Part shown: one piece after another, positions 56,291-64,000 of the stretch
Position numbering within the stretch: the stretch's first letter is position 1
Layout: each line of letters begins with the position of its first letter
NCBI GenBank assembly: GCA_963700145.1
Contig: OY969474.1
Span: forward strand, 1,312,001 to 1,376,000
Source of the DNA: an uncultured Acidobacteriota bacterium
GTDB lineage: Bacteria; Acidobacteriota; Thermoanaerobaculia; Multivoradales; UBA5704
Length of the DNA stretch: 64,000 nt
Direction: 5' to 3'
The notes under the pieces: generated by a model
Told to the model about the DNA's origin: nothing
The model's input: only the letters and a program-made list of their open reading frames with translations
Databases searched by the model: none
Translations under genes and position numbers: made by a program

Positions 56291-56328
56291 GTGACCTTTG
56301 TCACGCCGAGGGTGTGACCTGCTTCACA
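56291..56328. promoter_or_regulatory. Tandem CRP/FNR-family boxes
   Basis: GTGA-CCTTTG-TCAC (56291-56304) and perfect TGTGA-CCTGCT-TCACA (56313-56328). Confidence 0.6.
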
Positions 56329-56329
56329 T

Positions 56330-56668
56330 TCAGAGCGCGAGGAAAAACACCCGGCCGGCGACCGCATCGCTCGAATAGGAGGCATGGAGAGCGCGGAGGG
56401 CGCGCACCCACCCGCCGATGCTGACCCGGTCCTGCGCCGAGAAGGCAATCCCCGCGTGCTCCATCCCTTCCGCAGCGAGGCGCAGAAAGTCTTGGTCGTG
56501 GGTGCAGAGCACGCGGCTCATCGCGGCCGCGCGCCGGAGGTGATTCGGATCGTCGGCCCCGAGCAGACCCAGCTCCCGCACCGAGAGCGCATCGATGCCC
56601 GAGAGACGGAGCTGCCGGGCAACCTCCGTGGGGACGTTCTCGTCGAGGTAGAAGCTGAGCGCGCTCAA
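56330..56668 (-). CDS. DUF5615 PIN-like toxin (second copy)
   Basis: FYLDENV, GADD, RVLCTHDQDF and HAGI motifs. Confidence 0.88.
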   Translation of the reverse strand: MSALSFYLDENVPTEVARQLRLSGIDALSVRELGLLGADDPNHLRRAAAMSRVLCTHDQDFLRLAAEGMEHAGIAFSAQDRVSIGGWVRALRALHASYSSDAVAGRVFFLAL

Positions 56669-56967
56669 AGAGACGCGGCGCGCCCCTGGGCGGCGAGGCG
56701 CCGGCGGAGGATCTCAGCCTCCTCCGCGTTCGCGCGAATCTCCGCGTCGATCTCCCCCTTATGCTGGTAGTAGTAGGAGAGCGCGGCGTGCACGCGCGCC
56801 AAGTCGAGCTCGAACTGGACGGAGAGCTGCTCGGCCGTCAGCCCGGCGAACGTGTGGTAGGCGGCCAAGTCGGAAACGCGCAGCGTGGTCCCGGCGATCA
56901 CGGGCCGGCCATCGCGGACGGCGGGATCGCTGACGACGGATTCGATCGGGAGCACGCGGGCTGCCAT
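56665..56967 (-). CDS. DUF433 antitoxin-like protein (second copy)
   Basis: DPAVRDGRPVIAGTTLRV..LARVHAALSYY; GAGGAGG RBS. Confidence 0.88.
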   Translation of the reverse strand: MAARVLPIESVVSDPAVRDGRPVIAGTTLRVSDLAAYHTFAGLTAEQLSVQFELDLARVHAALSYYYQHKGEIDAEIRANAEEAEILRRRLAAQGRAASL

Positions 56968-57014
56968 TTTCCTCCTCTCGGGGCTCTGCCTAGAGGGTAG
57001 CATTTCATGTCCCT

Positions 57015-57266
57015 TCAGGAACCCCCTCCAGGGGCGCCGTGCCCCTTTTCCACCAGGCAACGCACCTGCCCCCCGGCCTCCTTGGCCAGCTCGAGCAGGC
57101 GATGGCCGTCTCTCTCCGCCCAGACCGGCATGTCCACCATCATCGCCGGGTCGTCGCCGACGACTTCGAGGTGGTCGCCGGGGCCCAGGGCGCGCATGGC
57201 GCGGCGGGCGAGGAGGACCGGGATGGGGCAGAGGGTGCCGGTGACGTCGAGGGTGCGCGCGGGCAT
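57015..57266 (-). CDS. tusA: Sulfurtransferase TusA family protein
   Basis: LDVTGTLCPIP and LEVVGDDP motifs. Confidence 0.85.
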   Translation of the reverse strand: MPARTLDVTGTLCPIPVLLARRAMRALGPGDHLEVVGDDPAMMVDMPVWAERDGHRLLELAKEAGGQVRCLVEKGHGAPGGGS

Positions 57267-57279
57267 GTACAATGAATCG

Positions 57280-58029
57280 ATGCTTCCCGCATTGTACCGG
57301 CGCCGCGCGGCGGTGCTCGCCGCGCTCCTCGCGGCCGCGCCGGCGCCCGCCCTCGGCTGGACGGCCAAGACGCGCTCGACCGTCGCGCTCGAAGGGGCGC
57401 GCCTCGCGCCGCCGGACCTGGCGCGGCAGATCGAAAAGCACCGCGCGGTCTTCCTCGAGGCGGCGCAGGCGCCGTTCGCCGCCGCCGGCGACCGCCAGCT
57501 CGCGGCCGAGGTCGAGGCCGCGGTCGCCGCCATCCAGGAGCACCGGCCGTTCGCGGAGATCGTGGCGCGCCTGGGCGGCATCGCGGCGCGCGTCGCCGAG
57601 GCCAACGACCCGCTCGCCGCCGCCGGCGGCGACCCCGACGAGGCGCGTTACGCCGCCGACTACGCGCGCTACGTCGAAAGCGCCGAGGGCCGCTTCCCGC
57701 TCGTCTTCTACGGCCTCCGCCCACAGCTCGCCGCCGCGCGGCCCGACCTCGCCGGCTTCGCCGCCGCCAGCCGCAGCCGCGCCGGCGCCCTCTCTGCTTC
57801 GATCGGCCTCGAGTACCGGCGCATCGGCTATGCCTCCGGCGTCGGCCGCTTCGACGACCGCTCCACCGCCTTCGCGGTCGGCTCGCTCTGCTTCAGCCAC
57901 GCGGTCACCGACCTGGTCTCGGTCTACCGCTCGGTCTGGCTGCGCGCCGGTGGCGCCGACCCGCGCGGCGGCCTCGAGCCCGGCGCCGGGCGGCTGCTCC
58001 AGGTGACGCGCGCGGGCGGGCGGCGTTGA
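57280..58029 (+). CDS. Exported all-helical hypothetical protein (degenerate phospholipase C/P1 nuclease-like)
   Basis: Signal peptide followed by W; helical; zinc-ligand His mostly absent. Confidence 0.55.
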   Translation: MLPALYRRRAAVLAALLAAAPAPALGWTAKTRSTVALEGARLAPPDLARQIEKHRAVFLEAAQAPFAAAGDRQLAAEVEAAVAAIQEHRPFAEIVARLGGIAARVAEANDPLAAAGGDPDEARYAADYARYVESAEGRFPLVFYGLRPQLAAARPDLAGFAAASRSRAGALSASIGLEYRRIGYASGVGRFDDRSTAFAVGSLCFSHAVTDLVSVYRSVWLRAGGADPRGGLEPGAGRLLQVTRAGGRR

Positions 58030-59588
58030 GGCCGCGCGCCCTCCTCTCGGTCTCCGACAAACGCGGTCTCGAGGAGCTGGCGCGCGGGCTCGTGCGCCTG
58101 GGCTTCGAGCTGCTCTCGACCGGCGGCACGCTCGCCTACCTAGCCGGCCGCGGCCTGCCGGTGCGGCCGGTCTCCGAGATCACCGGCTACCCCGAGATCC
58201 TCGACGGCCGCGTCAAGACCCTCCACCCGCGCATCCACGGCGGCATCATGGCCCGCCGCGCCAGCCCGCAGCACCTGGCGCAGCTCGCCGAGCACGGTAT
58301 CCGGCCGATCGACCTCGTGGTGGTCAACCTCTACCCCTTCCGCGAGACCGCCGCGGAAGCTGGGGCGACGCCGGAGCGGGTCGTCGAGTCGATCGACGTC
58401 GGCGGCCCGGCGATGCTGCGCGCCGCGGCCAAGAACTACGAGTCGGTGGCGGCGGTGGTCGATCCCGAGGACTACCGCGCGGTGCTGACAGCGCTCGAGA
58501 GCGCGGGCGACGGGCGGCTGCCGGACGCGCTACGCCGGCGGCTCGCCGCCAAGGCCTTCCGCCACACGCACGACTACGACGGCGCGATCGCCGCGTGGCT
58601 GGACGGGCAGGAAGCGGCGGGCGCGCCGCAGGAGCTCTTCCCCGAGCGCCTGAGCCTGGCGCTCGAGCGCGCCCTCGTGCCGCGCTACGGCGAGAACCCG
58701 CACCAGCCGGCCGCGGTCTACCGCACTGCCGGCGGCCCCGGCGTCCTCGGCGGCTTCTCGCAGCTCCAGGGGAAGGACCTGTCCTGGAACAACCTGCTCG
58801 ACGCCGACGCGGCGCGCAAGGCGGTGGCGCTCTTCGCCGAGCCGGCGGTCGTCATCATCAAGCACAACACCCCGTGCGGCGCCGGGCGCGGTGCCGACCT
58901 CGCCGCGGCCTTCCGGCGGGCGCTCGCCACCGACCCGGTCTCGGCCTACGGCTCGATCGTGGCGGTGAACCGCCCGGCCGACGAGGCCTTCGCCGAGGCG
59001 CTCGGCGACCTCTTCGTCGAGGTGCTCGTGGCGCCGGACTTCGACGCCGGCGCGCGCGAGCGCTTCGCCGCGAAGAAGGCGCTCCGCCTCCTCGCCTGCC
59101 CGCCCTACGCGCCGCGCCCCGGCGAGGCCGAGCTGCGCGGCATCGACGGCGGCTTCCTGGCGCAGGCGCCGGACGCGGCGCCCGACGACGCCGCCGGCTG
59201 GAGCTGCCCGACGCGCCGGCAGCCGACCGCCGAGGAGCGGCGGGCGCTCGACTTCGCCTGGACGGTCGTGCGGCACGTCAAGTCGAACGCCATCGTGCTC
59301 GCCGAGGGCGACGGCACGGTCGGGATCGGCGCCGGCCAGATGAGCCGGGTGGACGCCTGCGAGCTGGCGGTGCGCAAGGCGCGGCAGGCGGGGCTGGCGA
59401 CCGAGGGGACGGCGGCGGCCTCCGACGCCTTCTTCCCCTTCCGCGACGGGCTGGACGTGCTGGCGGCGGCGGGGGTGGCGGCGGTCGTGCAGCCCGGGGG
59501 CAGCAAGCGGGACGAGGAGGTCGTGGCCGCGGCCGACGAGCACGGGATGGCGATGCTGCTGACGGGAATACGGCATTTCAGGCACTGA
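58026..59588 (+). CDS. purH: Bifunctional AICAR transformylase/IMP cyclohydrolase
   Basis: ALLSVSDK, GRVKTLHP, RYGENPHQ, KHNTPCG, GAGQMSRVD and RHFRH motifs. Confidence 0.97.
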   Translation: MRPRALLSVSDKRGLEELARGLVRLGFELLSTGGTLAYLAGRGLPVRPVSEITGYPEILDGRVKTLHPRIHGGIMARRASPQHLAQLAEHGIRPIDLVVVNLYPFRETAAEAGATPERVVESIDVGGPAMLRAAAKNYESVAAVVDPEDYRAVLTALESAGDGRLPDALRRRLAAKAFRHTHDYDGAIAAWLDGQEAAGAPQELFPERLSLALERALVPRYGENPHQPAAVYRTAGGPGVLGGFSQLQGKDLSWNNLLDADAARKAVALFAEPAVVIIKHNTPCGAGRGADLAAAFRRALATDPVSAYGSIVAVNRPADEAFAEALGDLFVEVLVAPDFDAGARERFAAKKALRLLACPPYAPRPGEAELRGIDGGFLAQAPDAAPDDAAGWSCPTRRQPTAEERRALDFAWTVVRHVKSNAIVLAEGDGTVGIGAGQMSRVDACELAVRKARQAGLATEGTAAASDAFFPFRDGLDVLAAAGVAAVVQPGGSKRDEEVVAAADEHGMAMLLTGIRHFRH

Positions 59589-59595
59589 CGCGGAT

Positions 59596-59686
59596 TGTCA
59601 TTCCGAGCGTAGCCGAGGAATCTGGGCGGGGGGACGCCGGAGCGAAGCCTCCTGCCCCCAGATCCCTCGCTGCGCTCGGGATGACA
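59596..59686. repeat. TGTCATCC-type palindromic repeat, copy 4
   Basis: tgtcattccgagcgtagccgaggaatctggg..cccagatccctcgctgcgctcgggatgaca. Confidence 0.85.
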
Positions 59687-59733
59687 TGCGGGGCGCCGGG
59701 ATGACAAGGCAGCGTGAGTTTGTTTCCCTCCGC

Positions 59734-60354
59734 ATGAGACGCCTCCTCGCCCTCGGCTTTCTCCTCGGCTTACTCCTCGCTTGGCCCGCCGCCGCCCAGG
59801 ACCCCTGGGGGACGCTGGAGGGAGTGCGGCGGAGCCTCGCGGCGGCCGGGCCGACAGGGGCGAACTTCGTGCAGGTCTACGTGCCGGCCGGGTTCACCTC
59901 GGGCGAGCGGGAGAGCGGGCAGCTCGCTTTCGCCCTCCCCGACTGCCTGCGCTGGGACTACCTCGACCCCTTCCCCAAGAGCTTCCTCCTCTGCGGCGGG
60001 GTGGCCCACCAGTGGAACCCCGAGGACGGCACCGGCCAGCGCTTCGAGGTGGACCGCAAGAACGAGCCGGGGCTCGATCTCCTGCTCCTTTCGGTCGCCG
60101 ACCTGCGCGGCCGCTACCGCGCCGCCAGCCGCCCGGGGGAGGGCGGCGTCGCGGTGACGCTGACGCCGATCCGCCCGCTTGAGCAGCTCGCCGAGGCGAC
60201 CTTCGTCGTCGACCCCGACAAGCAGCGGATCGTCGAGCTCTCCTACCGCGACCGGGAGGGCAACCGCACCCGCTTCGAGATCGGCGGCTACCGCACGCTG
60301 CCGCGCCGCGGGCAGTTCACGCCGCCCAAGAACGTCCGCTGGGAAGAGCCCTAG
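59734..60354 (+). CDS. LolA-like lipoprotein carrier protein
   Basis: ANFVQ, ESG, PDCLRWDY, DREGNRTRF and FTPP pattern. Confidence 0.7.
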   Translation: MRRLLALGFLLGLLLAWPAAAQDPWGTLEGVRRSLAAAGPTGANFVQVYVPAGFTSGERESGQLAFALPDCLRWDYLDPFPKSFLLCGGVAHQWNPEDGTGQRFEVDRKNEPGLDLLLLSVADLRGRYRAASRPGEGGVAVTLTPIRPLEQLAEATFVVDPDKQRIVELSYRDREGNRTRFEIGGYRTLPRRGQFTPPKNVRWEEP

Positions 60355-60368
60355 CTATAATCCCGCCC

Positions 60369-61025
60369 ATGCCGCGCCGCCCGACCGCCGCGCGCGCCCT
60401 CGGCGCGCTCCTCCTCGCCGGCCTCGCGGCCGCGGCGCCGGCCACCGCCGCCATCCCCGCCGAGAGCGGGGAGAAGGTCGAGGTCAGCGGCCTGGTCACC
60501 GGGCCGGACGGCTCCCCCATCCCCAGCCTGCGGGTGGTGCTCGAGGCCTCGCGCTCGACCTGGAGCCTGCGCCACCTGCAGCGCACCACGACCGACACCC
60601 GCCGCGTCGCCGCCACCACCGACCGTGAGGGGGCATTCGCGCTCGCCTGGCCGCGCGACCGCTACTACAACCGCTTCGAGCTGCTGGTCGGCGTACCGGT
60701 GCGCAAGCCCGGCGGCGAGCGGATCGAGGTGCTGGAGCGGGTGGACCTGACGCCGCGCTTCGCGCAGTCCGGGCCGGTCGTCGCCACCGTGGTGGTCAAG
60801 AACGCCGCCTTCGTCGCCAAGCTGCGGCAGTTCGTGGCGCAGGTGCAGAGCGAGGACGAGCAGCGCGTCTACACCGAGATGGGCAAGCCCGACGAGGTGC
60901 AGGTGGTCAACTTCCCCGACCACCGGGAGACCGCGTGGTGGTTCTTCGAGAGCGGCAAGGTCTACCGCTTCCGCGACGGCAGGCTGACGCAGGTCACCCC
61001 CTTCGAGCCGGTCCGCAAGTTCTGA
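60369..61025 (+). CDS. Exported protein with carboxypeptidase-regulatory-like domain
   Basis: VSGLVTGPDGSPIP..TTDREGAF; C-terminal MGKPD..WWF. Confidence 0.65.
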   Translation: MPRRPTAARALGALLLAGLAAAAPATAAIPAESGEKVEVSGLVTGPDGSPIPSLRVVLEASRSTWSLRHLQRTTTDTRRVAATTDREGAFALAWPRDRYYNRFELLVGVPVRKPGGERIEVLERVDLTPRFAQSGPVVATVVVKNAAFVAKLRQFVAQVQSEDEQRVYTEMGKPDEVQVVNFPDHRETAWWFFESGKVYRFRDGRLTQVTPFEPVRKF

Positions 61026-61050
61026 GACCGAGACTGCGCGACCGCCGCGA

Positions 61051-62049
61051 ATGATCGACCCCGCCGAGCAGACGACCGCCCCGGCCCGCTTCCTCGACCT
61101 GGTCGCCGACAAGCTCCTCGAGACCGAAGAGGTCTTCCGCACCCACCTCGACTCGGACGTGCCGTTCATCCACCGCGCCGGCGAGTACATCGCCGCCTCG
61201 GGCGGCAAGCGCGTGCGCCCGGCGCTGCTGCTGCTCTCGGCCCGCCTCCTCGGCCACGACGGCCGCGAGGAGGTGACCTACGCCGCGGTCGTCGAGTTCA
61301 TCCACACGGCGACCTTGATCCACGACGACATCCTCGACCACGCCAGCCTGCGCCGCGGCCAGCCGACGCTCAACCACCTCTGGGGCAACAACCTGACGGT
61401 GCTCCTGGGCGACTGGATCTACACCACGGCGATGCGCATGGCGCTCTCGCACGGCCAGCTCGAGGTCGTGCAGCGACTCTGCGCCGCGACCCTCAAGATG
61501 ACGGAAGGCGAGCTCCTGGCGCTGGCGCGCCTGGGCGCGGCGGACCTCTCGGTCGAGGAGTACTTCGAGATCGTCGACCGCAAGACGGCGCACCTCTTCG
61601 CCGCCGCCTGCTCGCTGCCGAGCCTGATCCCGCCCTGCCGCCCGGAGGCCGGCCAGGTGCTCGCCCGCTACGGCCGCGCGCTCGGCACCTGCTTCCAGCT
61701 CGTCGACGACCTCCTCGACTTCACCTCCCGCGAGGAGGAGCTGGGCAAGCCCGTGCTCTCCGACCTGCGCGAGGGCAAGCTCACCCTGCCGCTCCTCCTG
61801 CTGCTGCCGCGCGTCACGCCGTCGCGGCGGCGGCTGATCGAGTGGGTGCTCGAAGACCGCAGCTTCGAGCGGGTGGGACGCGCGGAAGTGATGGAGCTGG
61901 TGAACGCCGAGGGCACGCTCGGCGAGGTGCGCGAGCTCGCCGAGAGCTACGCCGCCGAGGCCAAGCGGGAGCTAGAGTTCTTCCCGCCCGGCGACGCGCG
62001 GGACGCCCTTGAGTTCGCGCCGGACTTCGTCCTCAATCGGCGCTCGTAA
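61051..62049 (+). CDS. Polyprenyl diphosphate synthase (IspB-like)
   Basis: GGKRVRP, IHDDILD..RRG, KTA and FQLVDDLLD motifs. Confidence 0.93.
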   Translation: MIDPAEQTTAPARFLDLVADKLLETEEVFRTHLDSDVPFIHRAGEYIAASGGKRVRPALLLLSARLLGHDGREEVTYAAVVEFIHTATLIHDDILDHASLRRGQPTLNHLWGNNLTVLLGDWIYTTAMRMALSHGQLEVVQRLCAATLKMTEGELLALARLGAADLSVEEYFEIVDRKTAHLFAAACSLPSLIPPCRPEAGQVLARYGRALGTCFQLVDDLLDFTSREEELGKPVLSDLREGKLTLPLLLLLPRVTPSRRRLIEWVLEDRSFERVGRAEVMELVNAEGTLGEVRELAESYAAEAKRELEFFPPGDARDALEFAPDFVLNRRS

Positions 62050-63021
62050 GGGCGGCGGCCTGAGCCCGAACGCTCCCTCCGGCGGCTCCGGCCGCGCGGC
62101 GGCCGCCGCCTCGTCGCCCGAGACCGGGAAGACCCGCGCCCCGACGACCGACGGCGCCCCCAGCAGGAGCACGTAGCGGAAGCGGCGCGGCCGGGCGTCG
62201 AGCCAGGCCCGGCCGTCCGGCATGAGCAGCACCGCGCCCTGCGCGTGGGCGCGCGGGTCGGGCGGGCGGTCGCCGGCGAAGAGGAGGGCGACCTCCACCT
62301 CCGCGACCGGGCGGTGCTCCAGGCGCAGGTAGCCGGTGACCACGCGGCCGAAGTCGTAGAGCTTGCGCACCCCGGCCGGGTCGCCGGCGACGCGGCGCGG
62401 GCGGACGGCGCGGCCGGTGCGCTCGTCGAGCGGCGGCCGGGGCGGCCCGGGGCGCGGCGTGTCCCACCGCCCCACCGGCGGCGACCCCCAGGAGAAGGCC
62501 GGCTCGCCGGCGGCCGGACCCTCCTCCAGCGGCTCCCAGCCGCGGACCAGGCCCGGGCGGTGGCGGCGGAAGACCCGCCAGGAGCGGTCGGTGACGAGAA
62601 GCGAGCGCCCCTCGCCGTCCTCCAGCCGGGCAATGAAGCCGCCGGCGCCGCGGGTGCTGCGCAGCTCGACGAGGATGCGGTTGACGCCGGGCTGCAGGAG
62701 CTCGGCGGCGGGATAGACGTCGAGCGGCCTGCCGGTGCGGTAGTGCCCCGCCCCGATCCGGCGGCCGTTGACCCAGAGCACGTGCTCCTCGTCGGCCAGC
62801 ACCATGAGACGCCCGCCCGGCGGCACCGCGTCGAGCTCGAAGTCGCGCGCCGCGTAGAAGACCGCCGGCGTCTTCGCCCCCGCCGCCCACTCCGCCCAGA
62901 TCCACTCCGCCTCGCCGGTCGGCAGGATGCGCCGCGCCGCCGCCGTCACCCCCGCCCGCTCCGCCCAGGCGAGGAGCGGGAGCGCGAGGGCGGCGGCGAG
63001 GAGCGTGCGGCGGCGCGTCAC
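61972..63021 (-). CDS. Exported protein with rhamnosidase N-terminal/jelly-roll-like domains
   Basis: AEWIW, LADEEHVLWVNG, LLQPGVNRI, TDRSWR, YDFG and RFRYV motifs. Confidence 0.6.
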   Translation of the reverse strand: MTRRRTLLAAALALPLLAWAERAGVTAAARRILPTGEAEWIWAEWAAGAKTPAVFYAARDFELDAVPPGGRLMVLADEEHVLWVNGRRIGAGHYRTGRPLDVYPAAELLQPGVNRILVELRSTRGAGGFIARLEDGEGRSLLVTDRSWRVFRRHRPGLVRGWEPLEEGPAAGEPAFSWGSPPVGRWDTPRPGPPRPPLDERTGRAVRPRRVAGDPAGVRKLYDFGRVVTGYLRLEHRPVAEVEVALLFAGDRPPDPRAHAQGAVLLMPDGRAWLDARPRRFRYVLLLGAPSVVGARVFPVSGDEAAAAARPEPPEGAFGLRPPPLRAPIEDEVRRELKGVPRVAGREEL

Positions 63022-64000
63022 CGCAGGTAGCCCAGGGCGCGGAGGCGCTCGCGGGTCTGGGCGTCGAGGGCGGGGTCGGGCGGGGCGGTGCCGCCTTCGG
63101 CTTCGACCCAGCCGAGGAGGCGCTGGCGGAGCCACACGGCCTCGAGGTCGAGGCCCGGGGCGCCGGCGAGGTTGACGGTCTCGCGCGGGTCGCGGGCGAG
63201 GTCGAAGACGTACTCGGCGTCGCGCGAGCGGCCGATCCCCTCCCCCACTCCCCACATCACGCCGCGGCGCGGTGCCCAGACCACCTTCCAGCGCGCCGTC
63301 TGGGCCGAGAAGATGCCGCCGGGGACGCTCGCCGCGGCGGCGAAGTGGACGGCGGGGGCGGCGGGGTCCGCGGCGGGCGCGGGCTTCTCCTCCGGTGCCG
63401 ACGCCAGCCCCGCCGCCGCGAGCAGCGCGCGGCGCAGGTCGAGCGTCGAGGTCGGCGCGAAGACCGCCTCCGGTGCCACCCGCCCCGGCCCCCAGAGCAC
63501 CGCCGGAATGCGCAGCATCTCCTCGTAGAGCGTGTAGCCGTGGAGGATGCCGCCGTGCTCGAGCAGCTCCTCGCCGTGGTCGGAGGTGACGGCGAGGAGG
63601 ATCTCCTCGGCCGGCACGCGCTTGCCGAGCGCGCGCAGGAAGGCGGCCAGCTCGGCGTCGCCGTAGGCGAGGCCGCCGGCGTAGAGGCCGCGCAGGCGGC
63701 GGACGTCGGGGGGCGCCAGCGCGCGCTCGCCGGCGCGCACCGCCAGCAGCGTCTCGGTGCTGCCGCCGATCGGCGAGCGGCCGCCGCCGGCGAAGCGGGC
63801 CCGGAAGGCGGGCGGCGGATCGTACGGGTTGTGCGGGTGGATCGCGTGCAGGTAGAGGAAGGCCGGCGCCGCCGGCGGCAGCGCGCGCAGCCAGGCGAGC
63901 GCTACCGCGTGGACGCGGGCGGCGTTGTCGTTGAAGCGGACGGCGCGGCGGCCGCCGCCCTCCACCAGCGCCTCCTCCGCCACGTGCTCGAAGCCGCGGT
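63018..64000 (-). CDS. Sulfatase-like protein, 5'-truncated by window edge
   Basis: FLYLH..PHNPYDPP, TSDHGEE..HG..LYEE..RIP and RLRALGYL motifs. Confidence 0.88.
   Translation of the reverse strand, partial: RGFEHVAEEALVEGGGRRAVRFNDNAARVHAVALAWLRALPPAAPAFLYLHAIHPHNPYDPPPAFRARFAGGGRSPIGGSTETLLAVRAGERALAPPDVRRLRGLYAGGLAYGDAELAAFLRALGKRVPAEEILLAVTSDHGEELLEHGGILHGYTLYEEMLRIPAVLWGPGRVAPEAVFAPTSTLDLRRALLAAAGLASAPEEKPAPAADPAAPAVHFAAAASVPGGIFSAQTARWKVVWAPRRGVMWGVGEGIGRSRDAEYVFDLARDPRETVNLAGAPGLDLEAVWLRQRLLGWVEAEGGTAPPDPALDAQTRERLRALGYLR

Overview
Very GC-rich bacterial chromosome segment. Acidobacterial-type VWA proteins and the secreted-protease architectures suggest Acidobacteriota, probably Thermoanaerobaculia (inference). 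Most of the window is housekeeping, metabolic and envelope genes: egtB-like, a DASS transporter, an amidohydrolase, a PuuD-like protein, a PCD, S8 and M12 proteases, a VWA/TPR cluster, an atypical FHA-bEBP, hutH, hemE-hemY, a pseudopilin, lemA, Ku, tusA, purH, a LolA-like protein, a polyprenyl synthase and a sulfatase. The main accessory feature is an integrase-less defence island (~44.7-52.4 kb) at the 3' end of tRNA-Phe. It carries an MNT gene with a HEPN stub cut at an 18-bp tRNA-end duplication, an RHH-like/Fic pair, an intact Kiwa (kwaAB)-like pair and a DUF433/DUF5615 pair. It also carries a type III R-M system inactivated by a nonsense codon in DPPY and an IS256-associated deletion. The most unusual unexplained signals are non-coding: a 13x20-bp palindromic tandem array (14961-15220) and an 8-unit, 21-bp-phased interspaced array between an XRE gene and Ku (53059-53422). 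Others are several REP/MITE-like families (one nested), tandem CRP-like boxes, and recurrent TANNNT boxes 6-11 nt before start codons, suggesting leaderless mRNAs. All family calls come from motif recognition by eye; no database searches were run.
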